Below the pieces are notes generated by a model that ran no database searches, was not told where the DNA came from, and worked only from the letters and a program-made list of their open reading frames with translations. This document shows, in pieces, positions 1-9,500 of a stretch of 64,000 nucleotides of DNA (the first letter of the stretch is position 1; every line of letters starts with the position of its first letter). Source of the stretch: Candidatus Omnitrophota bacterium. Its GTDB lineage: Bacteria > Omnitrophota > Omnitrophia > Omnitrophales > Aquincolibacteriaceae. Location of the stretch: contig JBMONI010000004.1 of NCBI GenBank assembly GCA_049324575.1, positions 43,960 to 107,959 of the forward strand. Reading direction: 5' to 3'. The translations under genes were made by a program, and so were the position numbers.

Positions 1-3000
1 GCTTGATAAAAAAATACAGAGGGAACATGCTCAGACCCGTCAGCAATAAGGTTAAAAAGGGATGGGCAGCCATATTGAAGCGGTATTTGTTCCAAAGCGT
101 AAGCTCATTTCCCTCATGGAGTAATTGCCAGGCACGATCTCGGATCGAGGGCGACGGATGCGTAATCGCTTTTCGGCTCCATGACAGCCACTCACGATGC
201 CGTCGCGCGTGCTCAAGGTCCCCTGTCATCAATTGGACATAGAATGTTCCCTTTTCATCGCCCGAGCGAATCAGCTCGGCTTTAGCCAAGTTCACGATCG
301 CAGAGTTCTCATTCGCCAGAAATGCGATCAAAACCGGCTTACTACGGGGATCCCCCATCATACTCAGCGCAACAGCCGCCTGGCTTTGAAATTGCGCCAG
401 CAAATTCGGATCTCGCGCCAAGGCTCCCAGATCAAAAAACCCACCGGTTTTTTTATAGACTTTCCACAAAAAAGGCGCCATATCCGGCGTGCCCCATTTT
501 CCAAGTTCCGTTGCCGCAAAAATACGTTCGCGGGGTGTCCCCGTTTTAAATTTGTCGAGCAAAAGCTCACGCGCCTCCCGCGGATCGTTTTCAGCGATCT
601 TCGAGAAAATCTTATTCACGAGGCCGGCAAAAAATTCATCCTTTGCACCGCCCCAAGAAGGACGATCATTCCAAGCCTGGAATTCAAGATCCAAAGCTTG
701 TTTTAGAAACGGGTTGTATTCGGCGCCCGAAAAAAGATGCCTCGCTTCGACCGCTGCACCACGCACCCGCCCATCCGAGTCCTTCAGAAATTCCCGCAAA
801 CGCGTAGCGAGTTCAGGATTTTTGCGCTTCGACAGCGCGAGGATCGCAGCCGCCTTAGCCTCGATGTTGGTGGATTCCAAAAACCTGATAAAAAGGGCTT
901 CCGTGTCGGCTTCTTCGATATCAGCCAATAAACCGATCACGCGCCTCACCGCATCTTGCGGGATTTCTTTCTCAGCCAGCGCATCTTCCAAATAAGCCAT
1001 GATAGGCGCCGCAGCCGCTTCTCCTTTTGCTATCAGCGCGTTCTCCAGGATTTCGTCATCAGAACTTCGGTAATGATACTTATTGGAAAGGCATTGGCGC
1101 TGATAGATCCGCCATAACAATTCTGCGGCTTTGGGATGATCGACCTTGCTTATGAGATTCACATATTTTTTTATCTCCCAGGAATGAAATGGCTTTTTTT
1201 CCTGCAATTCAAGAAATTTTCCGTAAGCTTCCAAAAAGAGCGCCGCGGTGGCCGGATTTTGAAGTCCCGCTATCGTTTCGAAGGTCTTTTCAATATCGTT
1301 TTCCTCAGAATAGGAAAGCCCTCCTTCTTTCTTTGCCTCAAGTCGTTTCAGCACGGCGCTGAGTTGGTTCATCAAAACGGCGGTCTGATACGATTCCCCG
1401 GAATATCGGTTGGGAGTTTTTTCCCATACGCGTATCGCTAAAGCCCGGACCTCCTCATTTTCATCCTTCAAACATTGGATAAGAACCTCGAGAATCGAGG
1501 GCGGAAATTGCCCCATTGTCTCCAGGGATTCGAGCGCAAACTTCCGGTTCTGCAAACTCGAAGAGCTCGCAAGCTCGGCGATGGCAAGCGCCGCTCTTTC
1601 GTCCTGGAACTTCGACAATGCGATAGCCGCTGGCACAAAGTAGGGTTTCTCCTCATGATAAATACGGATGAGCTCGGGGATCGCGCGAGGGTCACGCATC
1701 TTTGCTAATAATTCGATGACCCTTTTTCTGGGGCGTGGATCACCCTGAAGGGAGGCGATCAATGAAGGAACGGTCGGAGCTCCCATCGAAAGCAGGGTTT
1801 CTTCAGCAAAAAGCCCGAGCTTGGGATCGTTCAGCAAACGGATGAACATCGCAACACTCTCCAACGATTTAAGTTGCCCTAAGACTTTGACAGCGAGCTC
1901 TTTGCCTTCCGCGCGGGGATGCTTCTCAGCGAGTTCGATCAGTGCGGGTACAGCCGGCTCTCCGATCTGCGAAAGGACCTGGAACAAAAGTTGATCGCAA
2001 TAAGACCGTTTTCCTGAGAGACCCAGAAAATGACGGATATGTGGGATCGCCGGCTTCCCGATCTCTCTTAAGGCATTTGCATGCCATCCGAGAAATCCGA
2101 GGTTCGAACTTTCCCGCTTCATGCCTGACGCATCTAACGTGGCTTTATCCGATCTTTCATAACGCGCCGCCATGTCGTCAAGGATATCCGGCACCGAGGC
2201 TTCTCCATGCTGCACGAGACGCGCCAAGGCTTCATTCGCGGATTTTCCATTCGAAGGCCAATTCCAAAAATCGTAGCGGGTATCCGGAAGCAATGCGAGG
2301 TCGTGGGCGATCGACTGTTTTTTCAGATCCGCTTGGTCCACCGGCTCGCCGAAGATCTTGGCCGCTTCCTCGAAACTCACCGCACGGCCCTGGACAGGTT
2401 CGGGACGAGATGCCGGCTGCTCCAGGGATGGAGGCATTGCGCCAGGCGGAGGGTTCACAACCCAAGGATATTCCCGGGCGCTTGACTCCCAAGCCGCAAA
2501 GCCCAGCACCGCGGCCAGAATCGTCCACAGCCCGACGGGTTTTCGCCAGCCTGTCCGGGCAAAGCTTTCCACAGCGGCCTGCTCGCCCGCGTTTCGGAGC
2601 TCGGAACGAGGCAAGCGTCTGTTTTTCTTACGAGTCTTGCTAACTATTTGGATTAAAGAATCAAAATCAGGAAAAAGCAATGTCACCCCTTGCCATACTT
2701 CCTTGCTCACCCAATAAGTTTCTCCAGTAGGTACATCGGTAGAACCTTGGCATTGTTTTACGTCGTCGTAAAAGCCTTCATCAATATAAACATCGTGCTT
2801 CTCAGCTTGTAACAAGGCACGCGTTAGTATCGACTTAAATTCCTTGTTGGAATTATTCGTAAAAATTGCCGGCAATAATATTTCCCTTATAAACCGTCGA
2901 TGCACTCGATGTTCTTCGGCAAGATCAGGCCAACGAATCCCCTTTGTTTCCGCCGTCCATGTTCTCTCTCCCACCTCTAATTTTTTTAACAGCGATTGAA

Positions 3001-6000
3001 TTTGCATTTCTTTGGCACGCCTGCTCAATATCGGGGGAACTCCGACTTCCAGAATGTCACAGCACGGGATCCCCGATCTAACTAATCGCATCCCCATTCC
3101 GATCGCAAACTCGAATTCCCTTAGACTTCTCGCACTCATATGCAAAATGGGAATAGCCTTTTCAGTCGCATAATCAACCGGCATATGCTTCTTTTTTAAT
3201 TCAACAAACAGCTTTTCTACCATCTCGATTTTCTTTTTTGCGTAAGCATCCCCGCACATTGCCATCGCCCGAAGCGCTCCTACATGAAAAGCAAGGAGCG
3301 ACTCCCTTTTTAGAATCTCCTTCGCAATAGCAGAAAGCTTGTTTCGCATAACAGCCCGATCGCTCTCCATGGCATCTAGAAAAACCATCAAATCCATAAT
3401 TTGATCTATGTGTCTCAAAAAATCTTGATTCTTTATGTTAATCACTTTTCCATGGAGCAGTTTTACAATCGCACGCTGTTTCACCAAGCGAATCATGTTG
3501 GGCGGAGCCCCAAATCGCCTTAAGGATTCCATGTTCTTTTCCGTGTTCAAAACTTCATTGCCAGCGAAAAGCCATCGATCTGTCAGCATCAATTTTAATG
3601 AATCCTTGCGGTTAAGTTTTTTCAAAGTTAGCAAATCCCGCGCTTCCAGTGCTGCTAGCAACCGAAAATCCTTTCCAACACACCACCGCCCAAGCTGCAA
3701 ACATGCGGAAATATAAATTTTTATCCATTTGATTACTTCTATCATCTTTAAAACAGCCCCAGCAATTAAACCAAATAATATAATTCCGCCAAGAAATATC
3801 AGTAATCCGCTCCCCAAAAGAACTCCGACCATGGAAATGGGGGCCTTTTTAAACCGAAGCTTCATTCTTTCTTTAAAAGGCAAGCTTGGCATAATGGCAT
3901 CCGCAGCGGCCGCTTGGATAACTCCTAAGTAGGGCGCCTTTGAGAACTTCGTTAGTTCCGAAAAGTTTTCAGGCGAGCGCATAGCCTTTGAAGAATTTAT
4001 GATAGCTGCTTTAACTCCGTTCGCCACGAAATCATCGTTTTCGATGATCCCAAAGAGTGTCACAATTACATCCGGATCGTCGAAATTTCCCAGTGCTTTA
4101 GCCGCCGCGGAAGCAACTCTGCTATCCTGATCGCGCAGTGCTTGTACGAGATCAGGAACCGCAGAGGGCTCATGAATACGCTCTAGCTCAAATACGGGAC
4201 TGTCAGTGAAAAATCTATGTCGATAAAATGGCTCTGCGTGAATCTGTTCTATCAAATTAGAGATTTGCGTGCTAGAAGCACGAATAGCTTCAGAAGAAGA
4301 ATTTGATGGATCATCATGGGCATTGAGACTTACCAGTGATATAACAAGACCCACTATTCCGATCATTGCAGCCCGAATTATCCTGTCAAAAACCCCACGG
4401 GCTCGCCTCGGGAAATTTTTTAATACCGTTGTCGAAGATTGCTTAAAATCAGATCGATCTCTCATTTCGGCACGCGATGAAAAAGCTTTATTGCCCAGTT
4501 TCTGCGGCAATACCAACGACCCTCTTCCTGAAATCCAATCAACTTCGCTAAGAGAATAATCCTTAAAACCACCTAGTCCTTGATCGAGATGGCGGGCGAG
4601 GATGGGATAGTCGGTGGACGCCCCCAAAGATTCGGTCAGCCCGGCGATCGCACGCAGGTGGCGCTGAACCGGGCCGTCCCCCACCCGGGTCGCCATGAAA
4701 AAGTCGGACGGCTGGCGGGTGGCCCGCGCCGGAAGGAAAGGCGTCTCGAAGCGGTACACTCCGCGCGTCATGATCTCGCGGTAATAAGCCTGGTGGACTT
4801 TGTCCGGCCCCGCGATACGCGGGGAGATCACGGCGTAGGAGATCTTTTCTTTCCTGAGAAGCGCTTTGATACGGCTCGCGTGGAATCCGCCGAACACCAG
4901 AATAGCGGAACTCTCGGCGGGATCTTTCAGGAATTCCCGGATCGGCCCTCCAAGCGCCTCGTCGCGCGCTTCGGCCGTTTCGTAGAACCGGGAGGCCGGT
5001 CCGATATTCCGCTCCCAGGCCCGCGAAAGCACGACCGTGCGCCCGGTCAGCGAAACAATGAAGTCAGCGATCGCCCGGGTATCGATCGCCTCGAGCGCTT
5101 TCCGGACGGCGCCGTACTCCTCTTGCGTGAGCTTGACATCGTTCAATTTGCCGATCAGGGATAATTCCCGGTGATAGCGAAAGATCGTCCGGTCGCGCTC
5201 ATTCCCGAGAAATCGGTGGGCGATTGCTCCCTCCATCTCGGCGGTCTCCCGGAAGATCATCGCCGAATCCAGCGCGTTCAATCGATCGGCTTGTTTGGGT
5301 TCGCGGGAATCAGCGATCGCAAGCAAAAGCGACACGGCCGGATATTGATCCGAGAACGGCTTGGCCTCAGCCTCGGGGTCTTCGCCCCGCATTAAAACGT
5401 TTTCAAGACCCCGAAGATAGGAAAGCAGAGGGATCTTCCCCTCTTCATACCGCTCTTTCATCCCGATCCACGCCTTCAGGTCTTTCGAAAAGAAGCGGTG
5501 AACAAGTCCCCGTATCTCGGTCATCAGGTCCCCGAGATCCGCCTCGATCTCCTTTTTAAAACGAGCGGAATCCCGGTAGCGCTCGATGTTCTCGCCGTAG
5601 AGCTTGAGATCGTCGACCCCGATCAGGCGCCAATGGCTGGCGCCCAAATCCGAATCGCTAAATTCTAATTCCGAAACAAATGCTGAATTCGCATGTTCTG
5701 GATCCAAAGCATGCATTGTTCCGTTTTTCGGATTTTCTTTTTTCGAAATTGTTTCGAATTTCGGGTTTCGGATTTCGTGCTTGTTCCGATTGATGTGCGC
5801 GTACTCGGCGCCGCCGATCCGGAGTTTGTCGAGAAGATAATAGGAAACCCGCTCGCGCAGGACCGGATCCTTGATGAATCCGAAAAATTTCTCGGTGGGC
5901 ACCGGGCCCTGATACCCTTCCTCAAAGACCGTGCGGATGCCTTTCTCGCGCACTAAATGGTCGATCAGGCCTGCGATATGCTCCTGGGCTTCCAGCGAAT

Positions 6001-6271
6001 CATGGGCGTCCTGGATGAAATAGACCGTCTTGCCGGAGGTCCCCTCGGCATATTCGTCGAGCGTCCCCAAAGCTTCCGGAAGAAGGCGGTTTTCAGAGGC
6101 CGGAGGCTGCGCGGAGGTCCGCGAACCCGACAGCGCCTGGGATGCGTAACCGGAGGGATCGAGCGCCGTAAAGGTCAATAGGACGAAAGCCGCGATCGTC
6201 TTTTGGAACGGAAAGCGGACCGAAGGACGGAACCCTCGAACGACCTTTGCTCGGTGAATTCCAGGGGTCAT
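1..6271 (-). CDS. Large multidomain protein, partial (C-terminus beyond the window start): N-terminal domain paralogous to the giant protein's N-terminus (tentatively ChaN/Tiki/TraB-like), central low-GC segment encoding a TM helix, C-terminal PBS-lyase/HEAT repeats
   Basis: Manual reverse-complement translation from ATG at 6271-6269 (GAGGGG 3 nt upstream) runs to position 1 with no stop over about 2,090 codons. It is absent from the supplied track because there is no in-window stop. N-terminus: MTPGIHRAKVV...KTVYFIQDAHDSLEAQEHIAGLIDHLVREKGIRTVFEEGYQGP...VFGGFHASRIKALLRKEKISYAVISPRI, mirroring HVFIHIQDAHANEEAQHNIARILDHF...IVTGGFHTPGIERYLREHGYSYWVVTPAI in the giant protein. A hydrophobic span APISMVGVLLGSGLLIFLGGIILFGLIAGAV falls in the low-GC part. 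HEAT-like repeats sit at 1..2600, e.g. AVPALIELAEKHPRAEGKELAVKVLGQL and DPRAIPELIRIYHEEKPYFVPAAIALSKF. Hand translation, so local errors are possible. Confidence 0.6.
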   Translation of the reverse strand, partial: MTPGIHRAKVVRGFRPSVRFPFQKTIAAFVLLTFTALDPSGYASQALSGSRTSAQPPASENRLLPEALGTLDEYAEGTSGKTVYFIQDAHDSLEAQEHIAGLIDHLVREKGIRTVFEEGYQGPVPTEKFFGFIKDPVLRERVSYYLLDKLRIGGAEYAHINRNKHEIRNPKFETISKKENPKNGTMHALDPEHANSAFVSELEFSDSDLGASHWRLIGVDDLKLYGENIERYRDSARFKKEIEADLGDLMTEIRGLVHRFFSKDLKAWIGMKERYEEGKIPLLSYLRGLENVLMRGEDPEAEAKPFSDQYPAVSLLLAIADSREPKQADRLNALDSAMIFRETAEMEGAIAHRFLGNERDRTIFRYHRELSLIGKLNDVKLTQEEYGAVRKALEAIDTRAIADFIVSLTGRTVVLSRAWERNIGPASRFYETAEARDEALGGPIREFLKDPAESSAILVFGGFHASRIKALLRKEKISYAVISPRIAGPDKVHQAYYREIMTRGVYRFETPFLPARATRQPSDFFMATRVGDGPVQRHLRAIAGLTESLGASTDYPILARHLDQGLGGFKDYSLSEVDWISGRGSLVLPQKLGNKAFSSRAEMRDRSDFKQSSTTVLKNFPRRARGVFDRIIRAAMIGIVGLVISLVSLNAHDDPSNSSSEAIRASSTQISNLIEQIHAEPFYRHRFFTDSPVFELERIHEPSAVPDLVQALRDQDSRVASAAAKALGNFDDPDVIVTLFGIIENDDFVANGVKAAIINSSKAMRSPENFSELTKFSKAPYLGVIQAAAADAIMPSLPFKERMKLRFKKAPISMVGVLLGSGLLIFLGGIILFGLIAGAVLKMIEVIKWIKIYISACLQLGRWCVGKDFRLLAALEARDLLTLKKLNRKDSLKLMLTDRWLFAGNEVLNTEKNMESLRRFGAPPNMIRLVKQRAIVKLLHGKVINIKNQDFLRHIDQIMDLMVFLDAMESDRAVMRNKLSAIAKEILKRESLLAFHVGALRAMAMCGDAYAKKKIEMVEKLFVELKKKHMPVDYATEKAIPILHMSARSLREFEFAIGMGMRLVRSGIPCCDILEVGVPPILSRRAKEMQIQSLLKKLEVGERTWTAETKGIRWPDLAEEHRVHRRFIREILLPAIFTNNSNKEFKSILTRALLQAEKHDVYIDEGFYDDVKQCQGSTDVPTGETYWVSKEVWQGVTLLFPDFDSLIQIVSKTRKKNRRLPRSELRNAGEQAAVESFARTGWRKPVGLWTILAAVLGFAAWESSAREYPWVVNPPPGAMPPSLEQPASRPEPVQGRAVSFEEAAKIFGEPVDQADLKKQSIAHDLALLPDTRYDFWNWPSNGKSANEALARLVQHGEASVPDILDDMAARYERSDKATLDASGMKRESSNLGFLGWHANALREIGKPAIPHIRHFLGLSGKRSYCDQLLFQVLSQIGEPAVPALIELAEKHPRAEGKELAVKVLGQLKSLESVAMFIRLLNDPKLGLFAEETLLSMGAPTVPSLIASLQGDPRPRKRVIELLAKMRDPRAIPELIRIYHEEKPYFVPAAIALSKFQDERAALAIAELASSSSLQNRKFALESLETMGQFPPSILEVLIQCLKDENEEVRALAIRVWEKTPNRYSGESYQTAVLMNQLSAVLKRLEAKKEGGLSYSEENDIEKTFETIAGLQNPATAALFLEAYGKFLELQEKKPFHSWEIKKYVNLISKVDHPKAAELLWRIYQRQCLSNKYHYRSSDDEILENALIAKGEAAAAPIMAYLEDALAEKEIPQDAVRRVIGLLADIEEADTEALFIRFLESTNIEAKAAAILALSKRKNPELATRLREFLKDSDGRVRGAAVEARHLFSGAEYNPFLKQALDLEFQAWNDRPSWGGAKDEFFAGLVNKIFSKIAENDPREARELLLDKFKTGTPRERIFAATELGKWGTPDMAPFLWKVYKKTGGFFDLGALARDPNLLAQFQSQAAVALSMMGDPRSKPVLIAFLANENSAIVNLAKAELIRSGDEKGTFYVQLMTGDLEHARRHREWLSWSRKAITHPSPSIRDRAWQLLHEGNELTLWNKYRFNMAAHPFLTLLLTGLSMFPLYFFIK
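5655..5800 (-). repeat. AT-rich low-complexity insert with short direct repeats (ccgaaa/ttcgaa) inside the conserved N-terminal domain of the 1..6271 gene
   Basis: ...ccgaaacaaatgc...tttttcggattttcttttttcgaaattgtttcgaatttcgggtttcggatttcg... In frame it gives NRNKHEIRNPKFETISKKENPKNGTMHALDPEH, with no counterpart in the giant-protein paralog. Confidence 0.5.
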
Positions 6272-6424
6272 ATTCCCCTCTTTTCGTGTTCTTTGTGAAA
6301 AACAGAATCCACCGAAAAGTTACCCGTTTTTTTAGTGATTACAAGAAGCGGACACAAAAAAACCATGATTTTTCAGAAATTTTTTGAGTAGTCGTTAAAA
6401 AGGTTTGAAAAACTTTTTCGTCAA
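6272..6424 (-). promoter_or_regulatory. AT-rich intergenic region, putative promoter/5' UTR of the 1..6271 gene
   Basis: Marked drop in GC between the terminator hairpins and the ATG at 6271. No confident -35/-10 assignment. Confidence 0.25.
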
Positions 6425-6490
6425 AAACAAAACTGCGGCCATGCAGTCCGCCTACTTCTGTAGGGCAGGTTTAAACCTGCCCTACAGGTT
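6425..6490 (-). terminator. Putative intrinsic terminator of the giant gene: 30-nt perfect palindrome followed by a second hairpin and a T-run
   Basis: CTGTAGGGCAGGTTTAAACCTGCCCTACAG at 6458..6487 lies 28-57 nt downstream of the TAA at 6517-6515. The minus strand then reads CTGCATGGCCGCAGTTTTGTTTTTG (5-bp stem, T-run). Confidence 0.5.
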
Positions 6491-6514
6491 TTGAGGAACC
6501 GACTCGAATCCCGA

Positions 6515-9500
6515 TTACGCGGACTGCGCGACGATTTGGGCCATTTCGAACTTCTGCGCGATCATTTGTTCCACGGTCAACTGGATCACATTTGCACCGC
6601 CCAGGCTTAGATCCTCGTCGGTCACCACGATGATCTCGCCTTCGATCGGCACCGCCGCCGTCAAGAGAAGTCCGGTATTCTTTTCCACAGTCGCTTTCAT
6701 CGCATAGACACGCCGTTCGGTCACCGCACCCTGTTCAGCAAGAGCCTCAGCCAGAATCGCTTCGACCGGCTGTGCGATATTGACAAAGGCAACACGCGCA
6801 TCGCGGATCTCGCCCTGCAGCATAAGCAGTTTGTCACTGGTCGCGCGAACGATCAGACGGTCTTTCTCGCCAAGGCTCGCAAGCCGGTCATTTAGTTCCG
6901 TGCGCTGATCCACACTCCAACCTGTCTGCCAATCAATGACAGTGACACCGCCCTGAGCAACGCCACTCGCAACCACCGCCTGCCGCAACGCTTCATTGGC
7001 CGCATTGGCCTGAGCAAGCATCTGGACCACGCGCATCTCAGTCGTACTTGTAAGGGCATCCCCAAGCCCCGCAGGCATCTCTTCCCGAAGTTCCGCACGC
7101 GGGCCCGGTTTCTTCTTTCCTTTCGGCTGTTGAGCCGGCACTGAAGCCTTTTTCGCCTCCGTCGTTGAGGGCCGCTGCCCCGTAGCAGGCGCCACCGAAC
7201 TCTGGGGTTGGGCTGGCAACTGTCCTTGTAGCGCCTCCGAAGATTTCGGGGATCCAGTTGCCGTGGCTGGCGGTATTTGCGACTTTTTATCTTCTTTATC
7301 TTCTTTATCTTCTTTCGGGAAATCCCTCTTGTCTTTTTGATACGTCAAGTAAAACGCCACCAGATTCCCCGTCTGGGCAAGCACAAGGAAGATCAACGCA
7401 ACCAACGGGATCCAATGATGCGCAGAAACAACATAAAGTATCCCCGCGGCGAAGATTGGCAACCCAAAGGCGACCCCAGACGCCGCGACACCCAGCCCGA
7501 TCCCTAAGGCCTTAAGCGCTTTTTGCCAGAAGCTGATCCTGGCCAAAACACCTTTTAATTGTTCCCGATCATTCACATATTCGAACAGATTAGGCTCGAA
7601 ATGATCCATAAATTCGGACGTTTTATTTTTTGAACTGAAGGAATCGCGGATCTCAAAAAATATTTCCAGGAATTTGGTCGTCGCATGCAACACACGCCCC
7701 GCCATGCTGGTCAGGATCAGGCCGGAAACGAATAACGCAAAAATATTTCCGAAGCTTCGTCCGACCTCTCCGGCAATGCCGGGAAGGGCCCATTGCTGCA
7801 TGATCCCCAGCGCATAGACAGACCCCGAGATCAACGCCGCCCCGATCAGGAAAAAGCCGATCGCGCTTCCCAAATGCAGCCACCCGGTCTGGATCCGATG
7901 CAAGGATACCCTTGCAATATCGATCTCCTTCGGCTTTTTCGGCTTAATGATCTGCTCCTGCCGGTATTGGCTGAAATCATGTTTGACGCTCTCCCAATAA
8001 GACACCCAAAAACTCGCTTTCCTGGTGATCGGACCAATCCGGAAATTGCGGAACTTATTCCACCACTTTACGGCAGGGGCTCCAAGATTTTGCCAAAAAT
8101 GCGGATAACGCGGCTCCTGGATGGAGCTCGCCTTACGTTCGAAGGAGGTCCATAAATACATGAAACCGGTCAAGAGCGCTGTCCCTACCGCCGTGATCAA
8201 TAGAATACCGCCCAAAGTCGCCACGATCGCCATGCCCGCAGAGAGACCGAAGATCGAATGGAAAAGCACGAAAATCACAGGCGCCGAAAGGATGGCGGAG
8301 CCTCCCACCAGAATCGCCAAGGCGGTTGCGAAATTTTTGATGCTGAATGGACGGACCGGAGATCCTTGAAGCTTTCGCATAAGCTCGAAATACGGAAGAC
8401 TGGCTTTGTCGATCGCCTTCCTCTCCCCCGTTCCCAGCGCCGTTTCATAGGCCGCTACCATTCCCTTCATCGCCGTCACACGCGCTTCGACCATGGCCGC
8501 TTCGGAGGCTTCTCTTTCCGGCAATTCTTTCTTGGCCAGGGCCGCCATTGCCTCGAGGGTCTTGGCCTTGGAGAGGTCGATCCTCGAATGGATGTCCCAA
8601 TCCCGCGGTTTCGCCGAAAACCACATCATCATAGGTCCAAAACTCCAACTCCCGATCAAAAGGATCATCCAGTTGATCACCTCCACCTGCGGCGACAAGA
8701 GCAGGATCGAAAGGATCGTGCCAAGCGCCATCCAGTACGAAGGGGTCATTAGATGGAAAGACGCTTTCAAGGTCAGGAACGAGGTATTTCCGCCCACCGC
8801 GGTCATGATCCCCCAGGGAGACGGCTCCGGACGGATCTTGACGAAAGAGGCAACGCTTTTGATCAGCATAGAGCCAAAGGTAAATCCGGCCCAGAGCATG
8901 AATAGCCATTGGGACACGACGGGATGACTTGTGAGAAACGCTGTTAAAGGGGCCCATCCTAATTGCTGAAGCCCAGGCAGTATCACCGCCCACAAATGCG
9001 CCAAAGCGGGAGTGAAGAGGATAAGACCCAAAGCCGCGAGATAAGCCGTAATCGCCACGGTCAAAGCCAACCAACCGACCGCAACAAAGCGATTCGACAG
9101 CCGATGCAACGTCATTATCGCTAAAACGACCGCAATGCCTATGGAAATCATGAAAATATAGGGCGCATAGGCTCCGCTGATCCAAAGGACCGAAACAAGG
9201 ATGGGCGCAACCGCAATAACAACTCCGAGCAACCCTTTCCCGATCTGGCCTTTGTCGGCGAGCGTATCGCGAATCGTGGTTTTCCAAGAGGGTTTCGTCG
9301 CATCGAGTGGATGAATACCTTCCGCCCAGTTATGCAGAAAGTTATTCACCGCCAATTTGGCCTCGATCACGAAGTTGTTCAAATACAACTGGTCCATGAA
9401 AAACTGCGCGATCTTGTCCCGCAGCGAAATGGACGGAATGGTCCCCGAGAACGCCCGGTAAATAAAGAAGATCACGAATGAGAACACCGCCACCACGGCT

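Noticed and set aside
1942-2643. Plus-strand ORFs throughout 1..6300 in the track (e.g. 197..706, 489..995, 1942..2643, 4580..5164)
   Set aside because: The products are Arg/Pro/Gly/Ser-rich with no motifs. They are antisense to a continuous, domain-containing minus-strand reading frame. These are typical high-GC antisense artefacts.
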